DNA of 62,298 nucleotides, filler included, from Choristocarpus tenellus KU-1152 (taxonomy: Eukaryota > Protista > Phaeophyceae): the NCBI GenBank assembly GCA_964200185.2. It is 6 parts of 6 records of this genome, joined end to end, with 100 filler letters (N's around TTAATTAATTAA, not from the genome) between each part and the next. Parts side by side here need not be neighbours in the genome. Positions count along the whole stretch, not along the records: positions 39,909 to 44,222 come from CAXNAD020015148.1; positions 44,323 to 52,402 come from CAXNAD020005184.1; positions 52,503 to 56,037 come from CAXNAD020019397.1; 3 more parts are not named here. One strand, 5' to 3'. The notes beneath the pieces were generated by a model. That model ran no database searches, was not told the DNA's origin, and worked only from the letters and a program-made list of their open reading frames with translations. Shown one piece after another: positions 42,431-55,091 of the stretch (the first letter of the stretch is position 1; every line of letters begins with the position of its first letter). The position numbers and the translations under genes were made by a program.

Positions 42431-44222
42431 ACATAATAGTATTACAAAGCATATGCCTTGGTATTGACATCCTCGAACTCTTCTATTGCATTGTACTTAC
42501 ACAGTACAAATCACAATGTGATGCTTATCTAAGGTTAGGACTACAAAATACTCCAGAGCACCACATACAGTATCCTAAACATATGCAATCATAAATAGCA
42601 CTACGTAGAACCTAGATCATTGAAGAAACACAATGATCATCGCACGCCTTCCAATACATAATAAAACATAACATAGACGTATACATTGGGCATGTGAATC
42701 GGGCAGGACCTGACAAACCCCAAGGAAATTTCCCAACTTGTTCCCTAACCCTAACCCTTGATGATGGCGATCTATCAATACAATACAGCCATACCAATTG
42801 ATTCTCGCTCTTGGGTTTAGTACAACAAACTACTATAATAGTTGAAAGATGTTTGCTGTGACCAATACAGACTCTTGTTCTGATGTCGAATGTGTCCCCT
42901 GCCTCGGAAATTTCTCTTTCTTTCTCATCACATTACAGCATCCACAACATTCATTTCATTCTGTGTCAGCAATAATGAAAAACATAAAACAATAAAAAAA
43001 CACAACAATAATAAACATAAAAACAATAAAATAATAGTATAATTACAACGACCATATACTTCGATGTCGGATCTATAAAACTCTCCATTTTCCACTCAGA
43101 TCAAGCATACAATCAGTTACATCGGGCAATCTTCCCCTCATGTACACTCCTATCTTCAAGATATCAAATCTTCAAGATATCAAATTTTCAAGATATCAAA
43201 TCTTCAAGAACCACCAGATATCAACACTCGACTGAGCGGGATTCACTGTCCCCTGCTCCTTCACACCCTTTCCTTCCTGACTCATCACCAGTCAGTTGCA
43301 ACATCATGCTCAGTCACATAAGGGTGTTGTGTTAGGAAGGTCAATCTCATCCCTCTCTTCGCCTTCCTTCCTAACACACTCCACACAATCACTAAGACAT
43401 ACCTGTCAGATTGCTCAACTCTATACTCACACTCTCACACTCACTATCCGTCACACACTACCTGTCACTCATAATTCAAGAACACAATCGGGTCTCACTG
43501 AATCGACTCAAAGGAAGTGAACAGAACAGAGAGCTTGCTTTGATTGGTCCACACACTCCAAAGTAGAAAAATTAAAAACGATCAAGACTCCTTTTCAGTT
43601 CTTATCTAGATCACAATATAATCGAATCAATATAATCGAATCAATATAATCGAATCAAAGCTATTGGTACTCAATCATTACAGCTCACACCACTAACAAT
43701 AGGGATTGGCAGCATTGAGCGCAAAATTATCAATATCATTATCACTATTGCTATACAAGAATATAAAAAACTATTAATATCATTATCATTATTACTATAC
43801 AAAAATACAAATACAAATGCAAGAACAAGACAGTTCCCAAACACCTCTATTGTACATCATGGCTGGGCCCTCAAGTCTCACTCAGTCATCCCCAGCACAC
43901 AACATGACATCTGAATGAAAGGGATAACCCACACATATGATTCAATTGAGCAATTAAGGAATGATCAGCACCTGCACAGACACACAGAAGCGATCAAATC
44001 CACTTTGTCCTTTGCCAACCACCTCCAGGATGTCCACCCTAGCCCCAAAGAGATTACTCCCCCGCCCATCCCTGTCATCCACATGCCTACCCAACCCATG
44101 CGTAGATCCCTCTGAGGTCACCCTTGCCATGCTCATCTCAGTCTCAAGCCCAACCAGGGACCCTGCCCCCCCCCCCCCCGCACCCCCCCCCCCCCCCCCC
44201 CTTCCCCCCCTCGGACCCTGCA
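42012..44222 (-). CDS. Internal exons of a possible PX-domain protein (partial)
   Basis: An exon ending ~43971 (...GARVDILEVVGKGQSGFDRFCVSVQ) splices in frame to ~42117-42012 (IDSNGLW...WMVWRRLTEFNALR), resembling the PX WxVxRRYxEFxxL motif. Remaining exons not resolved. Confidence 0.4.
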
Positions 44223-44322
44223 NNNNNNNNNNNNNNNNNNNNNNNNNNNNNNNNNNNNNNNNNNNNTTAATTAATTAANNNNNNNNNNNNNNNNNNNNNN
44301 NNNNNNNNNNNNNNNNNNNNNN
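44223..44322. other. Artificial contig linker
   Basis: N-run/TTAATTAATTAA/N-run. Confidence 0.97.
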
Positions 44323-44540
44323 GGGTCAAAATCCAATGTTGCAATTTGATGTAATTTTAGCTGTCGTGTTTGTTAGGAAGTGTTAATATCTATGTTTCGG
44401 ACACACCTTTTCACAACGTATACATTTTACCCACTTGGAAAAATTTCGGAGTAGGAAAATGTCATAAAAAAACCCATGGGAAGCCAAGCCCCAAATGGAC
44501 AAACAGGGCAAATCTCGTACCCTTTAAGATACTTTCACTC
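44323..44540 (-). mobile_element. MITE family A, cut by contig edge
   Basis: Reverse complement of family A, ending ...taagatactttcactc. Confidence 0.85.
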
Positions 44541-46736
44541 ATAAAGACACCCTTCATGCGCTCGGCTAACCATCGCATCCACCCCTGCGTGGACATCATT
44601 TATCTTTGCTGATACCATTGTCCCAACATTCCCCTCCGTCCTCACAGACAGTCGACCGGAGGCCTGAAAACTAATGAAGACCAAAAGACCACATACATCG
44701 TAACGTCCAACATCAGCGCGACCTGCACGATGAACCTTGCAATGTCTGCCTACATGACACAGAGGTATAATGTTAACCTCCTGGACACCAATCGAGTGGA
44801 GTCTATGTTCTCTAAGCTAGGGCCGGACCCAGTTGTCGCTGCTGATGGGCTCAAGGGTATCCTGAGTGGACAGCCTTTTTCCATGTGCTACAGATGGAAG
44901 ACCATAAGCGACATGAAAGCCGACATGTGCAGGGCAAACGTGCCCTCTGGTGTGCTTGATGGCGAACTACTTGCAAGCTACATCATCAACGGCAACCTCG
45001 ACGTAGATGAGAATGGCGACGAGAGGGATATGGATGACGACGACAACCTCTTATTTTGCCTGAATGGACAACACCGCATAATGGTGCTGAGGACAATCCA
45101 TTGCATCGTACACGAGGAAAATATCCAAGGTGGCATCAACCTCCTGCCACATGTCACAGTGCGATGGGCCTCGGACGTCGGAGCGAACCTCCAGGTAGGC
45201 GATAACAGGAGCTTCATGTGGAAGATCTATCCGCACTGCAACCGCGAAAAGGCTTAATCCATCTCGATAGGAGAGAGTGTGGCGGCCAGTAGGTCGCATG
45301 TGCCCAACATTCTCGACATATTCCACTGGATGGTGTCCTGGCTCGCCGCTATCCTGGAGTATAGGCGTGACTTCGGTTGCGACAGGTCCCGCCCTTACGT
45401 CAATGATATGGAAGAGGACCCTGATTATCGCATGCGCATGACGACATTGGTCACCAAGTGCAACCAGTATTGTCTAGGCGACGTAGACTTCCGGAGTGAC
45501 AACACCGCGTTACAGATGGCTATTAAGAGAAGGGTAGCTGCCAAGATAAAGGCATTCCTTAACGAAGCTTGGGAGGACACACATATGGAAGCCGGGGTGA
45601 ATAGACTCACAGACCAGACCTCCGTCCAATTCTTCAACGCGATCACCACCCTTGTCTACATATGCGCGAGAGAAGGTGAGGTTCTCACGGCACCTTGAAC
45701 ACAATCGTTTCGTAAAACGATTGTGAAGCACCGCGTACCTTTTGTCTAACATATCCATATTAATTCCGTGTCGGTGGTCTAACATACCCCACCCCTCTCT
45801 TCCCCTCGCTATCCTCCAACAGAGACAAAAGAACTGGAGGAGATCCTTCTCGGTGTGTGGAGAGAGCACAAGAAGCGCGAGGGATCGAACGTAAGCGCGA
45901 TGCACCCGTTTTATTATTAGCACATGAAATACCCCCCATCACCAACAGTCCAACAACACAGTAGTAACCCCTGCCTTCCAATACTGTGAGTTTGAATTGA
46001 CGTTTCACACCTGTGTAACACTATCGGCCATATGACACACACCATCAACCAACAAACCCGCTCCCACTCCCACGTTCTTCTGTCCTGATCATATTACCTT
46101 ATCCTCCACTCACCCAACACGCACCCGACCAGGACAAATTCGACTTCAGAGCGGTTCACATGATCACTGTGCTGTGGAATGCCAACCCGGACGTTGCCAT
46201 GGATTCCCTTAAGAACAGCGGGGGATTCATGCACACGTGCAGGACAAAGGTGGGATAAATGTTCCCAAACATTTGTCTCCACTCGATGTCGGCACACTTG
46301 ACATAGGGCAGACAGCAATTGAAGGATTTGACGTGTTCTGAAGAACGGTAGAGCGATCAAGTTCCAGCGATCCCCATGCCCGTAAGGTCCCGATGCGCTA
46401 CACGCATCCCCTGCTTTTCCCTCCCTGGCATATACACTGCCAATTTTAATTCCTCGACATCCTCAAAGCTTGTTCTTTACGGGTATCCTAACCACACTCT
46501 GTCGCATATTTGATGTACATGTAGCTCACGAACGAGGTCAAGGAGCAGTATTTCGCTAGAATGTGCACTGATGTTCTTGCTGGAGTCGGACTATCCATCC
46601 TGAGAGAGGAGACTCCCCAAGGTCATCAATGGCGCGACATTGTCGAAGTGGCTGCGCACGTCTTCTCAGAGCAGGCAGTCAAAAAGCTGCCTACTGACGC
46701 ACTCGCGTTGACGTATGTTGTTTGGATGGAGACATT

Positions 46737-46995
46737 AAGCCAAAGTATCTTAGAGGATAGGGCCGCGTCCATTTGGGGACCAAAATCCAATGCTGCTATT
46801 TTGAAGTAATTTTGGCTATTGTATTTGTTAGGAAGTGTCAATATCCTGGTTGCGGACACACCTTTTCATAACGTATACATTTTACCTACTCCGAAACATT
46901 TTGGAGTAGGAAAATGTAAAAGAAAAAAACGAGGGAAGCCAAGCCCCAAATGGACAAACAGGGCAAAACTCCTACCCTCTAAGATACTTTCACTC
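46737..46995 (-). mobile_element. MITE family A inserted in a coding exon
   Basis: Full length, both TIRs, ATT repeated on both flanks. Confidence 0.9.
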
Positions 46996-48689
46996 ATTCC
47001 AGAGGAATGGGTAAGTCGATTTTGACTGTGAGGATTGAAGTAGCGTATGGATGTATATGCGTATACCCCCCTCCTGACCCTGCAACAGCCGCAATATTTA
47101 CCACCTAGTTCATACCCCGCAAGACAGACATCCGTGTCATCCATGTCACTCACCGTCCCAGCACCCATGTGCTTCTCCACGACATTTCTCCCACACCCTT
47201 AGGGGCGTCCGGAGCAAACAACCCCCAGCCGACCAAGACAAAGGAAAGAAAAAGACAAGAGGAAAGGGGAAGAAAAATAGACCAGGAGTCGGCGATCCAG
47301 ACCCGGCGTCTGCCGCCAAGGAGGAGGAGGACTGGGAAGCGCAACCCTGGAGGGTGCAGTTGGCATACCTGAGACGTATGCACACCAGGAATGTACTCAT
47401 CAAGGGGGCCGTTCTGGAGGTCGCAGTTCAGGTTATGAAGGACCTGAAAGAGAAGGACAGGCTCGGGATAGACACCTACGCCGACAATTCACCAGGAGAG
47501 TCTGCAGCAGAGGGTCCTCCAACCAAGAAATACACCATCAGCGACAAGGTACTCAATAGTAATAGTTCATCACTTCACCTATCCACCACATATCAGTTCA
47601 TCGTATAAAGCCATATCACAACAAACGCCCTGATTACGCTCATTTATCTACCCCATCAATTCCACAGGTGAAAAGAGACCTCGCGTTGATGCAGGATGTG
47701 GAGGAGGGCAGAAAATACCTGGACATCATCAAATACTCTGAGGGCGTTACCCTGAGCAACGACCACGAACACACAGGCGAGCGATTGCATCATTGCATGA
47801 CATCGCCATAGGTTAACATCCAAACACCCTTGCCCACACCAAACAAACTTCTCTCTTCCATCCTATCGACGTTCGACAGTTACACAACAAACGTTGTCAC
47901 AGGGTTCTCCGGTTCTTTCAAAGGTTGCGAAGTTGTTTGTCGTACACGCTGTGTCGTACTTTGCCTATGTTGTACTGACCGTCAGAACCCGGCGAAAAGA
48001 CTGTAATTATGTCGCGGTTACATGCTAGTCCTGTTCGCTTCCACTTCACCCTTTCTTACCAACCCTATTCGTCCCCCTATCCTGGGGGCTCGCATCATTG
48101 GCACACCTTCAAAGAACCACCACTAGTCTGGTCCATCCATCCTTTCCGCAACCCCTGTATTCTCCTCTGCATCCTGCTGCATGTACTCGTTCTCACGAAC
48201 CTCTATCTCATCCCTTGCCTCTTAACACTAACAACTCCTCCCGTCGTTTTTATCCCCACTTCGCCATGACCATTGCCGCTCCTCCGTCATCACAGAGATA
48301 ACGCGTGTCACTCACATTTTGATCACGCCAGAGAACCTATTGACGTCTGAGCACGACCTTGATAAGTTCAAGTCCGAGACCAACGCAGCTCACAAGAGAG
48401 AAGTCGCCCTTCTCCAAACACGACCAGGAGGCTTGGTCATTACATGCACCGCCCTTGGGGACAACCTTGACCCGGATAGTATCAAACTCCTGAAGGACGA
48501 GCTCTCCACATTGACCAATTTTGTACTGGTGAAGACACCGGTAGCTGGTGGCGTATCCACCAGCATACCTTGTGGGAGACCCGACACACCAGGTGCTCGA
48601 GAGGAACAAGATAACCCATCACCTAGCCCTGCAGTAGGTGCTTGAAGCAGGAATCTAGAGAGGGGGAGGCATACAACCACATCCTCGGA

Positions 48690-49325
48690 ACACGACTCTG
48701 AAGGCGATGGGGGCCGACCCGTTTGTAACGTATTGTCAGGCCCAGAGAAATTCCTATGGAGGACGTGAGGGGGCGGCTAGGCAACGACTCGGATTACACA
48801 CCTGACGAGAGTGCTACAGGGATGTCCACGAATGCCCGTTCAGTGGACAGCGGCGGAACTGAGTCACAAGTACCAGGGAACATGTGCAACCACAGTGTGA
48901 GGCGAAGCGAAAACCGCGTACATATTGATCGTAACAACACAACTCCGAGGGAGAAGAGTTCCAGGAAGGACAAAGGGAAGCGCAAAAAGACCCTGATTAG
49001 GAAATAGAGGGTTAGAGAAGACTCTGAAGATGAGGTGGACCGGCCCGTTTGTTTTGACTTGTCAGGTCCTGAGGAACGTCCTACGGAGGACCTTGAGAGG
49101 GCGGCTAGGCGAGGACTCGGAGTCCACGCCTGTCCGGAGTGACACAGGGATGTCCCTGAACGCCTATTCGGTGGGCAGCAGTGACGATGAGGCAAAGGTG
49201 CCAGGAACATGTACGACCATGGTGTGAGGCCAAGTGAGAACCGTGACAGTTCCACAACCCAGAGGGGCAAGCCTTCCGAGGAGGGCGAAGTCCGGGGTTC
49301 TAGGACACTAATTACGAAAAAGAGG
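48690..49325 (+). repeat. Diverged tandem duplication (~320-330 bp x2) within coding sequence
   Basis: gactctgaag..ga.g.gg.ccg.ccc.gtttgt...gtcagg.cc.gag...gggcggctaggc.a.gactcgga...acagggatgtcc..gaa.gcc recurs near 48694 and 49020. Confidence 0.85.
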
Positions 49326-50757
49326 ACGAGACCTTCCAAACAGCCTGTTGATCCTGATGGCAGCGCATTAGAACCTGGCTTCCTCGACAACGTCTTCGCT
49401 TCTGCCAAAATGGGCAGATGCACGGTACATCCCTGTTCACCCACATCGAGGGATGACGATGACGACCAAAGATCATCTCGTGGTGAGGAGGATTGGGTCA
49501 CACAGGACGCGACTGACTCCGGTGATGCATCCGATGTGGGGATCACCAAAGCCTTCATGGAGGCGTGCGTCACCGAGCTCCTACGATCTGCAACGAAACC
49601 TGCTTCTGCACAGTATCGAGTGCAGACGCAAATCCTAACCCAAGTCATTTACGATCACGGGTTCAGGCTTGTGAAGGCCAGTAAAGGGACCGCTTCTCTT
49701 GTTTTCGGGGACGAGTGCTACGTCCATGGGCCCACACAGGTGAAACTCGGCGATCGTGAAGGGAAGGCAGGCAATATGTTGTACCCCGAGCATGTGGAAG
49801 CGCTCCAGGCGAAGAAGGCTATCTTCTTGAGCCTCATGAAGCCTGAGCCTTGGAACACCAAGTACTCCATGCACCTAAATCTGTGGCACCTTCTTGTCAA
49901 GGCATACCATAAGCTCACAGAGTGGTGGGAGAAGGGTGACGAATGCAATTTCGAGTCCGCCCAGCAATTGAAATAGGGGTTCGGTCGTTCCGATTTTCTG
50001 TTGAAGTATGGGTAGAGTTGCAGGTTGTGCAGATTTCTGCATCAGTGTATCTTTCCATGGTGTCTGACTCTCATGTTCATGCGCTTTGTTTCCCACAAGT
50101 TATGCATTTAGATAGTGGAACAAAAGATACGTAGCTACCAGTCAGAGTCGTCAGCGTATCATATATCATACTCACGTTGAGCATCAGACCTGCCTTATCA
50201 TTTGTTTTAAAAAGCGTGTCTGCTACAATGTTACAGCCCTAAAATATTATACATCAATCAAACAACTCTTTTCCATCTGCGCAGCTAACCTTTCCAAACG
50301 ATTCGCCAAGAGCAGCGATGAATACCCTGTCCTTCTGTGAGCCATTATTTATTCCTTGTACATGATAACGTACCTCCCCCCATTCTTTTCAATACTGTAT
50401 GCACCACCTCTTGCTTTGCCCAACTGTCGACGAAGTAGTTTCGATCAAGTGTAGTCATTCGAATCGTAGGGGATCATATGCCTAACTAAGTCCACCCACA
50501 ATGCCCCTAACCACAGCACCAGCCCAGAACCTGTGGAAGTGTACCTTGAACTACTTCCCTCGGAACGTACGACAATATTCCTTGACCAATAACCACTTGT
50601 ACACACTAAGTATTCTGTCTACACCTTTTGCCGTAGCTCATATGAACAACTTCAACCCTAACACCCTCAGCGACAACAACCACGTCTTACTGCATACATC
50701 ATCCAACACATCCACACAAACAAACGAAAGTGATAGATTTAAACTGTGCAACAAACA

Positions 50758-51001
50758 GAGCGAAGGTGTCTTCAAGGGCACGAGTTTTGCCCTGCTTGTC
50801 CCTTTAGTGCTTGACTTACGACATTTACCTACTCCGAAACGTTTCTAACTACGAACATATATACGTTATGAAAAAGGTGAGTCCAGAACAACGATATTGA
50901 CACTTGCTAACAAACACGATAGCCAAATATACTCCAAAATCACAATTTTGGTGTTTGATCCCCATTTCGACACCGCTCTACCCTGTAAGACACTTTAGCT
51001 C
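50758..51001 (+). mobile_element. MITE family A, diverged copy
   Basis: Colinear with family A; degenerate TIRs. Confidence 0.75.
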
Positions 51002-51629
51002 CTTATGTTTTGGTTCCTCGAGCATACGTCGAGAGAACAGACCCAAACCGACAATCCTCTATGTGTACGTTTCATAAACAACCGATGCAATCAAATAAAC
51101 GAACAGAGCAACCCCGCAGCAGACAATATTATTTTTTTCTATTCCTCATAAACAATGGCAAAACACACCCTAACCGACAACCCTCTTTGGGTGCTAACCA
51201 AATCACAGTCATGCAAAAAAAAAAGTCCTCGAACAGCCTACCAAGTATATCTCTTGTTCTTCATCATAACTGCACGACCAACACACATACACCAATAAAC
51301 CTATTTGAGCAGACTTGACATCCGACACATGCAAACGTCCAAACTCCTCCCCCAATCAAACCCGATTATTAAATGGTAGAATATATCCCCGTTGTCCTTG
51401 CGTACGAAAGAACAAAAATGAACCTAACCAGCAGTCTGCTTTTTCCTGACATTTCAAATCCGACACATGAGACCAAATTACACCAAAAAGGGAAAATCGA
51501 AAAAGAGTGAAAAACGGATGCCGGCACCCCCCCTAAGATAATTTGACCCTTTTGTTGAAATTTATCATTACCCCCCAAGGTAAATTTTACACATAGTGCT
51601 GTTATAATATTGCTTGGATTTTAGTACGA

Positions 51630-51810
51630 GACCCAAAGTATCTGGGAGGGGGGGGCTGTCTACACCAGGGTGTCCATTTGGACCAAAACCAGGAAAAGTG
51701 CACTTACATTATCCATCCGACGTATGCAAGTAAATCACCAAAAAATCGCGACAGGAAAAAAAATGACCCTAAATGGACAGTCGCCACCCCCCCCGCGGAT
51801 ACTTTGAGCC
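51630..51810 (+). mobile_element. MITE family B (~180 bp)
   Basis: TIRs GACCCAAAGTATCTGGG...GGATACTTTGAGCC; flanks ACGA/ATGA. Confidence 0.85.
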
Positions 51811-52402
51811 ATGAAGTACTGACTGAGTATGTAGTACTACCAGAACTCCCATCAGCACCACAGAGTTTGTGACCATTAAGAGATGGGGATGATTGAAAAA
51901 AAGTTTTAGTTTTTTTCACAACCAAAATCAGAAGTGACTACCAGCATTATGTGTGGGTGCCTTGTGGCCATATTCTCACAGATATGTGCATTATCTGTTC
52001 AAGATAACTTTTGGTGAGACAGACTCAGTGCTTCTGTGCTCTGAAATAGATGACACTTGGCCTGTGATAACGGGAACAAATCACAGCATAATAATCTGAA
52101 GTCAACTATTAGTTATTGAGATCATTGCCAAGTGCACTATAAATTACTATACATTGATCGCTTTTTAGTGGTAAAGGTAATTATTAGGATGGAACACATA
52201 CACACACTGAGCCAAAGCAAACGAGATGTACCCAAGTTGTTGCCATTTGCATTTTAACCAACTCTTTTCATGTTTTGCAATTGGTCCTTATTTCTATGGA
52301 TGAAGTGCTGAGATTGTCTTGGGAGAATTGATTTCTCTTTGGGTCAAAGTATCTGGGGGGGGGGTGTCGGCGTCCGTTTTTCACCCTTTTTTCGATTTGC
52401 AC

Positions 52403-52502
52403 NNNNNNNNNNNNNNNNNNNNNNNNNNNNNNNNNNNNNNNNNNNNTTAATTAATTAANNNNNNNNNNNNNNNNNNNNNNNNNNNNNNNNNNNNNNNNNN
52501 NN
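52403..52502. other. Artificial contig linker
   Basis: N-run/TTAATTAATTAA/N-run, with family-B ends on both sides (52341-52402, 52503-52593). Confidence 0.97.
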
Positions 52503-52912
52503 GGTTGGATGGATAGTGAAAGTGCACTTTTCCTGGTTTTGATCCAAATGGAAACTCTGGTGTAGCTCCCCCCCCCCCCAGATACTTTGGGTCTGGTAAA
52601 ATGACTGTGTGACCAGCGACAAAAAGAGGATCATAGTCAAATGGCATTGCAAGGAAGCAGAGATAGCTAACGTATGTCGCACCAAAGCAGCAGCTGGAAT
52701 CGCACAAGTCAGCAACACCACTGCCATCACTGTGCGGTGAATGCTGTTTTCTTTGTGGGCGTATACTCTTACATCCTGTGTTAATTTTCTTTCTTCTCGT
52801 CCTTTTTGGTTTTGGGCGATGGATTATTTCTCGCACGGGTTATATTCCTATCTTTTTCACTTTTCTTTTTCGTTTTTTCACTTTTTTCTTCTTCTTTCTT
52901 TTTTCTCTTTTT

Positions 52913-53088
52913 TGCTCAAAGTATCTGGGAGGGGGTGGCGGCTGTCCATTTGGGGTCAATTTTTTCATGTCGCGATTTCTGGGTTATTTCGTTGCATACG
53001 CCGGATGATGTAAATGCACTTTTCCTGATTTTGGTCCAAATGGACACCCTGGTGTAGACTCTACCCCCCCTTCCAGATACTTTGGGTC
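52913..53088 (-). mobile_element. MITE family B
   Basis: Reverse complement of 51630-51810; TTTT on both flanks. Confidence 0.85.
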
Positions 53089-54802
53089 TTTTCCTCTCCT
53101 CCTACCTTTGTCGTCGTTGTTGTTGTAAATAGTAGTAGTCGTAGTATTGTAAATAGGATGTAAGCAATAATAGTTGTGATAGTAATAATTGCAGACAGAC
53201 ACAGACATAAAGATTATCACACATTAGTAGTAAGTGAAGAAAAGATTTCCCGAAGTTAGGATTGAGTGGAAAGGAGGTATGTATTCCCCACACAACAACA
53301 ATTCTGTGCACAAGCCTCGTCACAGAGTGGGACAGGTACACTAGCACAACATGATCCCCTCCATTCACCTTGAAGTGCAAACAGGGTGTGCACACGTGAA
53401 CAACACTTGGGCAGATTTGGCTACATTTTAACAAACTCCCCAGCAAAGACAAAATATACAATGCATCAGAAAAATGCAACCTTGTTCCCTCCCACAGACC
53501 CAATTGACCGACAAGTTTCAATTTTGAGGAGATCTCACCCTGACTTTGAATAACTCACTCTAAAATCACAAGATTGTGTGCTTCCTTTGTTTTCTTCCAT
53601 GGTCCTTGTTCCCCTTTATAAAAAAGGGTGTATTACCTCATCTTTGGACTAATTCTTTCACCACGGATCTTGGATTCCTCAGGCTAATGTAATGATAATA
53701 ATAGTAATAATAAATTACTACAACACTGTATCTTATATATCAGTGGTTTCTCCAGGCCGTTTGCTTGCATGAACATTGTTGCGCACATGCTGTCGACGTC
53801 TTTGAATTTTACCCTGAGGCACCAGGATGGGCATCAACCATCAGCACAGTGTTTACGCGCAGTGTGTACAATATTATTAGTACTAATTAGTACAATAATA
53901 TTAGCGTTAACTTTCCCTTGTGAGGTGTGGGGTCATTCTGGGGACCAGAACACGCCATTTGAGGCACAAAGTCAAGGGAACTCCCAGAAAAGAACGGTAG
54001 GGGCAGATATTTATTGCTGAACTCAGGGGCATTGAAGGGAGCTGATGAGAGGTTATTTTGCAACATGATGTTGACAAGTGGGTTCCCCTGACAGGAGGTC
54101 GAACAAAAAAGTGAATATGGAAGGGCAACGTATATCAACTGGAGCATTTAGAGAACCAGATACTACAGACATGGAAAGATTCCCTGCTTTTGCAGTTTGC
54201 TCACTCTTTCTCCTTTCCCTCACCTACATATCTATGTGGCATCATCTATCTGTTGAGTGGCACCAATTTTTGCCTTCTGCGTGTCGATAATCCTAAGCAA
54301 TCAAACCAACTTGAGAGATAGGCAGGGTTGCATTTTTATAGATACCAAGAAAGGGCAAAAATAACACTTTTGTACAATCGCAAAAAGAGTCTTAGCTTCA
54401 TTGTGGTGTCACTTTGTGTGTGGAACGGGGAACATCGTTTTTGCGTACAATATATCACAGTGATACAGAGTGTATTGCACAGGGTAAGAAAGATGACTTA
54501 GAATGGAAAAGGATCCAAGCCTGCCTACCTCTCAATTGGTTTCGCCCAAGAGCCTTGGCGGTGGCCTCCTTTTCATCTCATGTTATGCATGAATATTGCG
54601 CGGAGTCCAGATGCTTCCCTGCCATGACTTGGAGGTTCAGGGCTATCTAGTCAGAACAATCGGTAAGCACTTGCTGGAAATCTTTAACAAGAAGGGATCG
54701 TGTCTTACACGGAATGGTTGTCTTGTAGTAAGCGTAAACCCTCAGAGCAAACGCCTCATTCACCTTGTTATCTCTGTTTGAATCCTCCAGCATAGATGAA
54801 AT

Positions 54803-54979
54803 GACCCAAAGTATCTGGGAGGGGGTAGCGGCTGTCCACTTGGGGCCAATTTTTTCATGTAGCGATTTTTGTTTGGTTGGGTTGCATACGTCGGATGGAT
54901 AATGTAAGTGCACTTTTCCTACTTATGGTCCAAATGGACACCCTGGTGTTGACCCCCCCCCCCCCAGATACTTTGGGTC
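54803..54979 (-). mobile_element. MITE family B
   Basis: Perfect TIR GACCCAAAGTATCTGGG / CCCAGATACTTTGGGTC. Confidence 0.85.
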
Positions 54980-55091
54980 AGTCACGAAAGAAATAATAGA
55001 CCATCTACGTACAACTGTCATCTTCTGCTGATAAGAAGAATGAGTGAAAGAAAAGCAAACAACAGAACAACAGAACAAAATTGAAACAATA

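Larger units (their letters stand above)
44648..49976 (+). pseudogene. Long decayed multi-exon gene with N-terminal ParB/Srx-like (CLNGQHR) domain
   Basis: ORFs 44730-45257 and 45279-45698 are one frame split by a single TAA. Further exon-like blocks lie at ~46524-47010 (MITE-interrupted), ~47162-47548, ~47668-47777 and ~48300-49976. The last has in-frame stops (48643-48645, 49005-49007) and frameshifts. CpG-rich. That all blocks form one gene is inferred. Confidence 0.6.

Noticed and set aside
53200-54800. Cys-rich and coding-looking minus-strand fragments
   Set aside because: Many stops and no recognisable motif; left unannotated.
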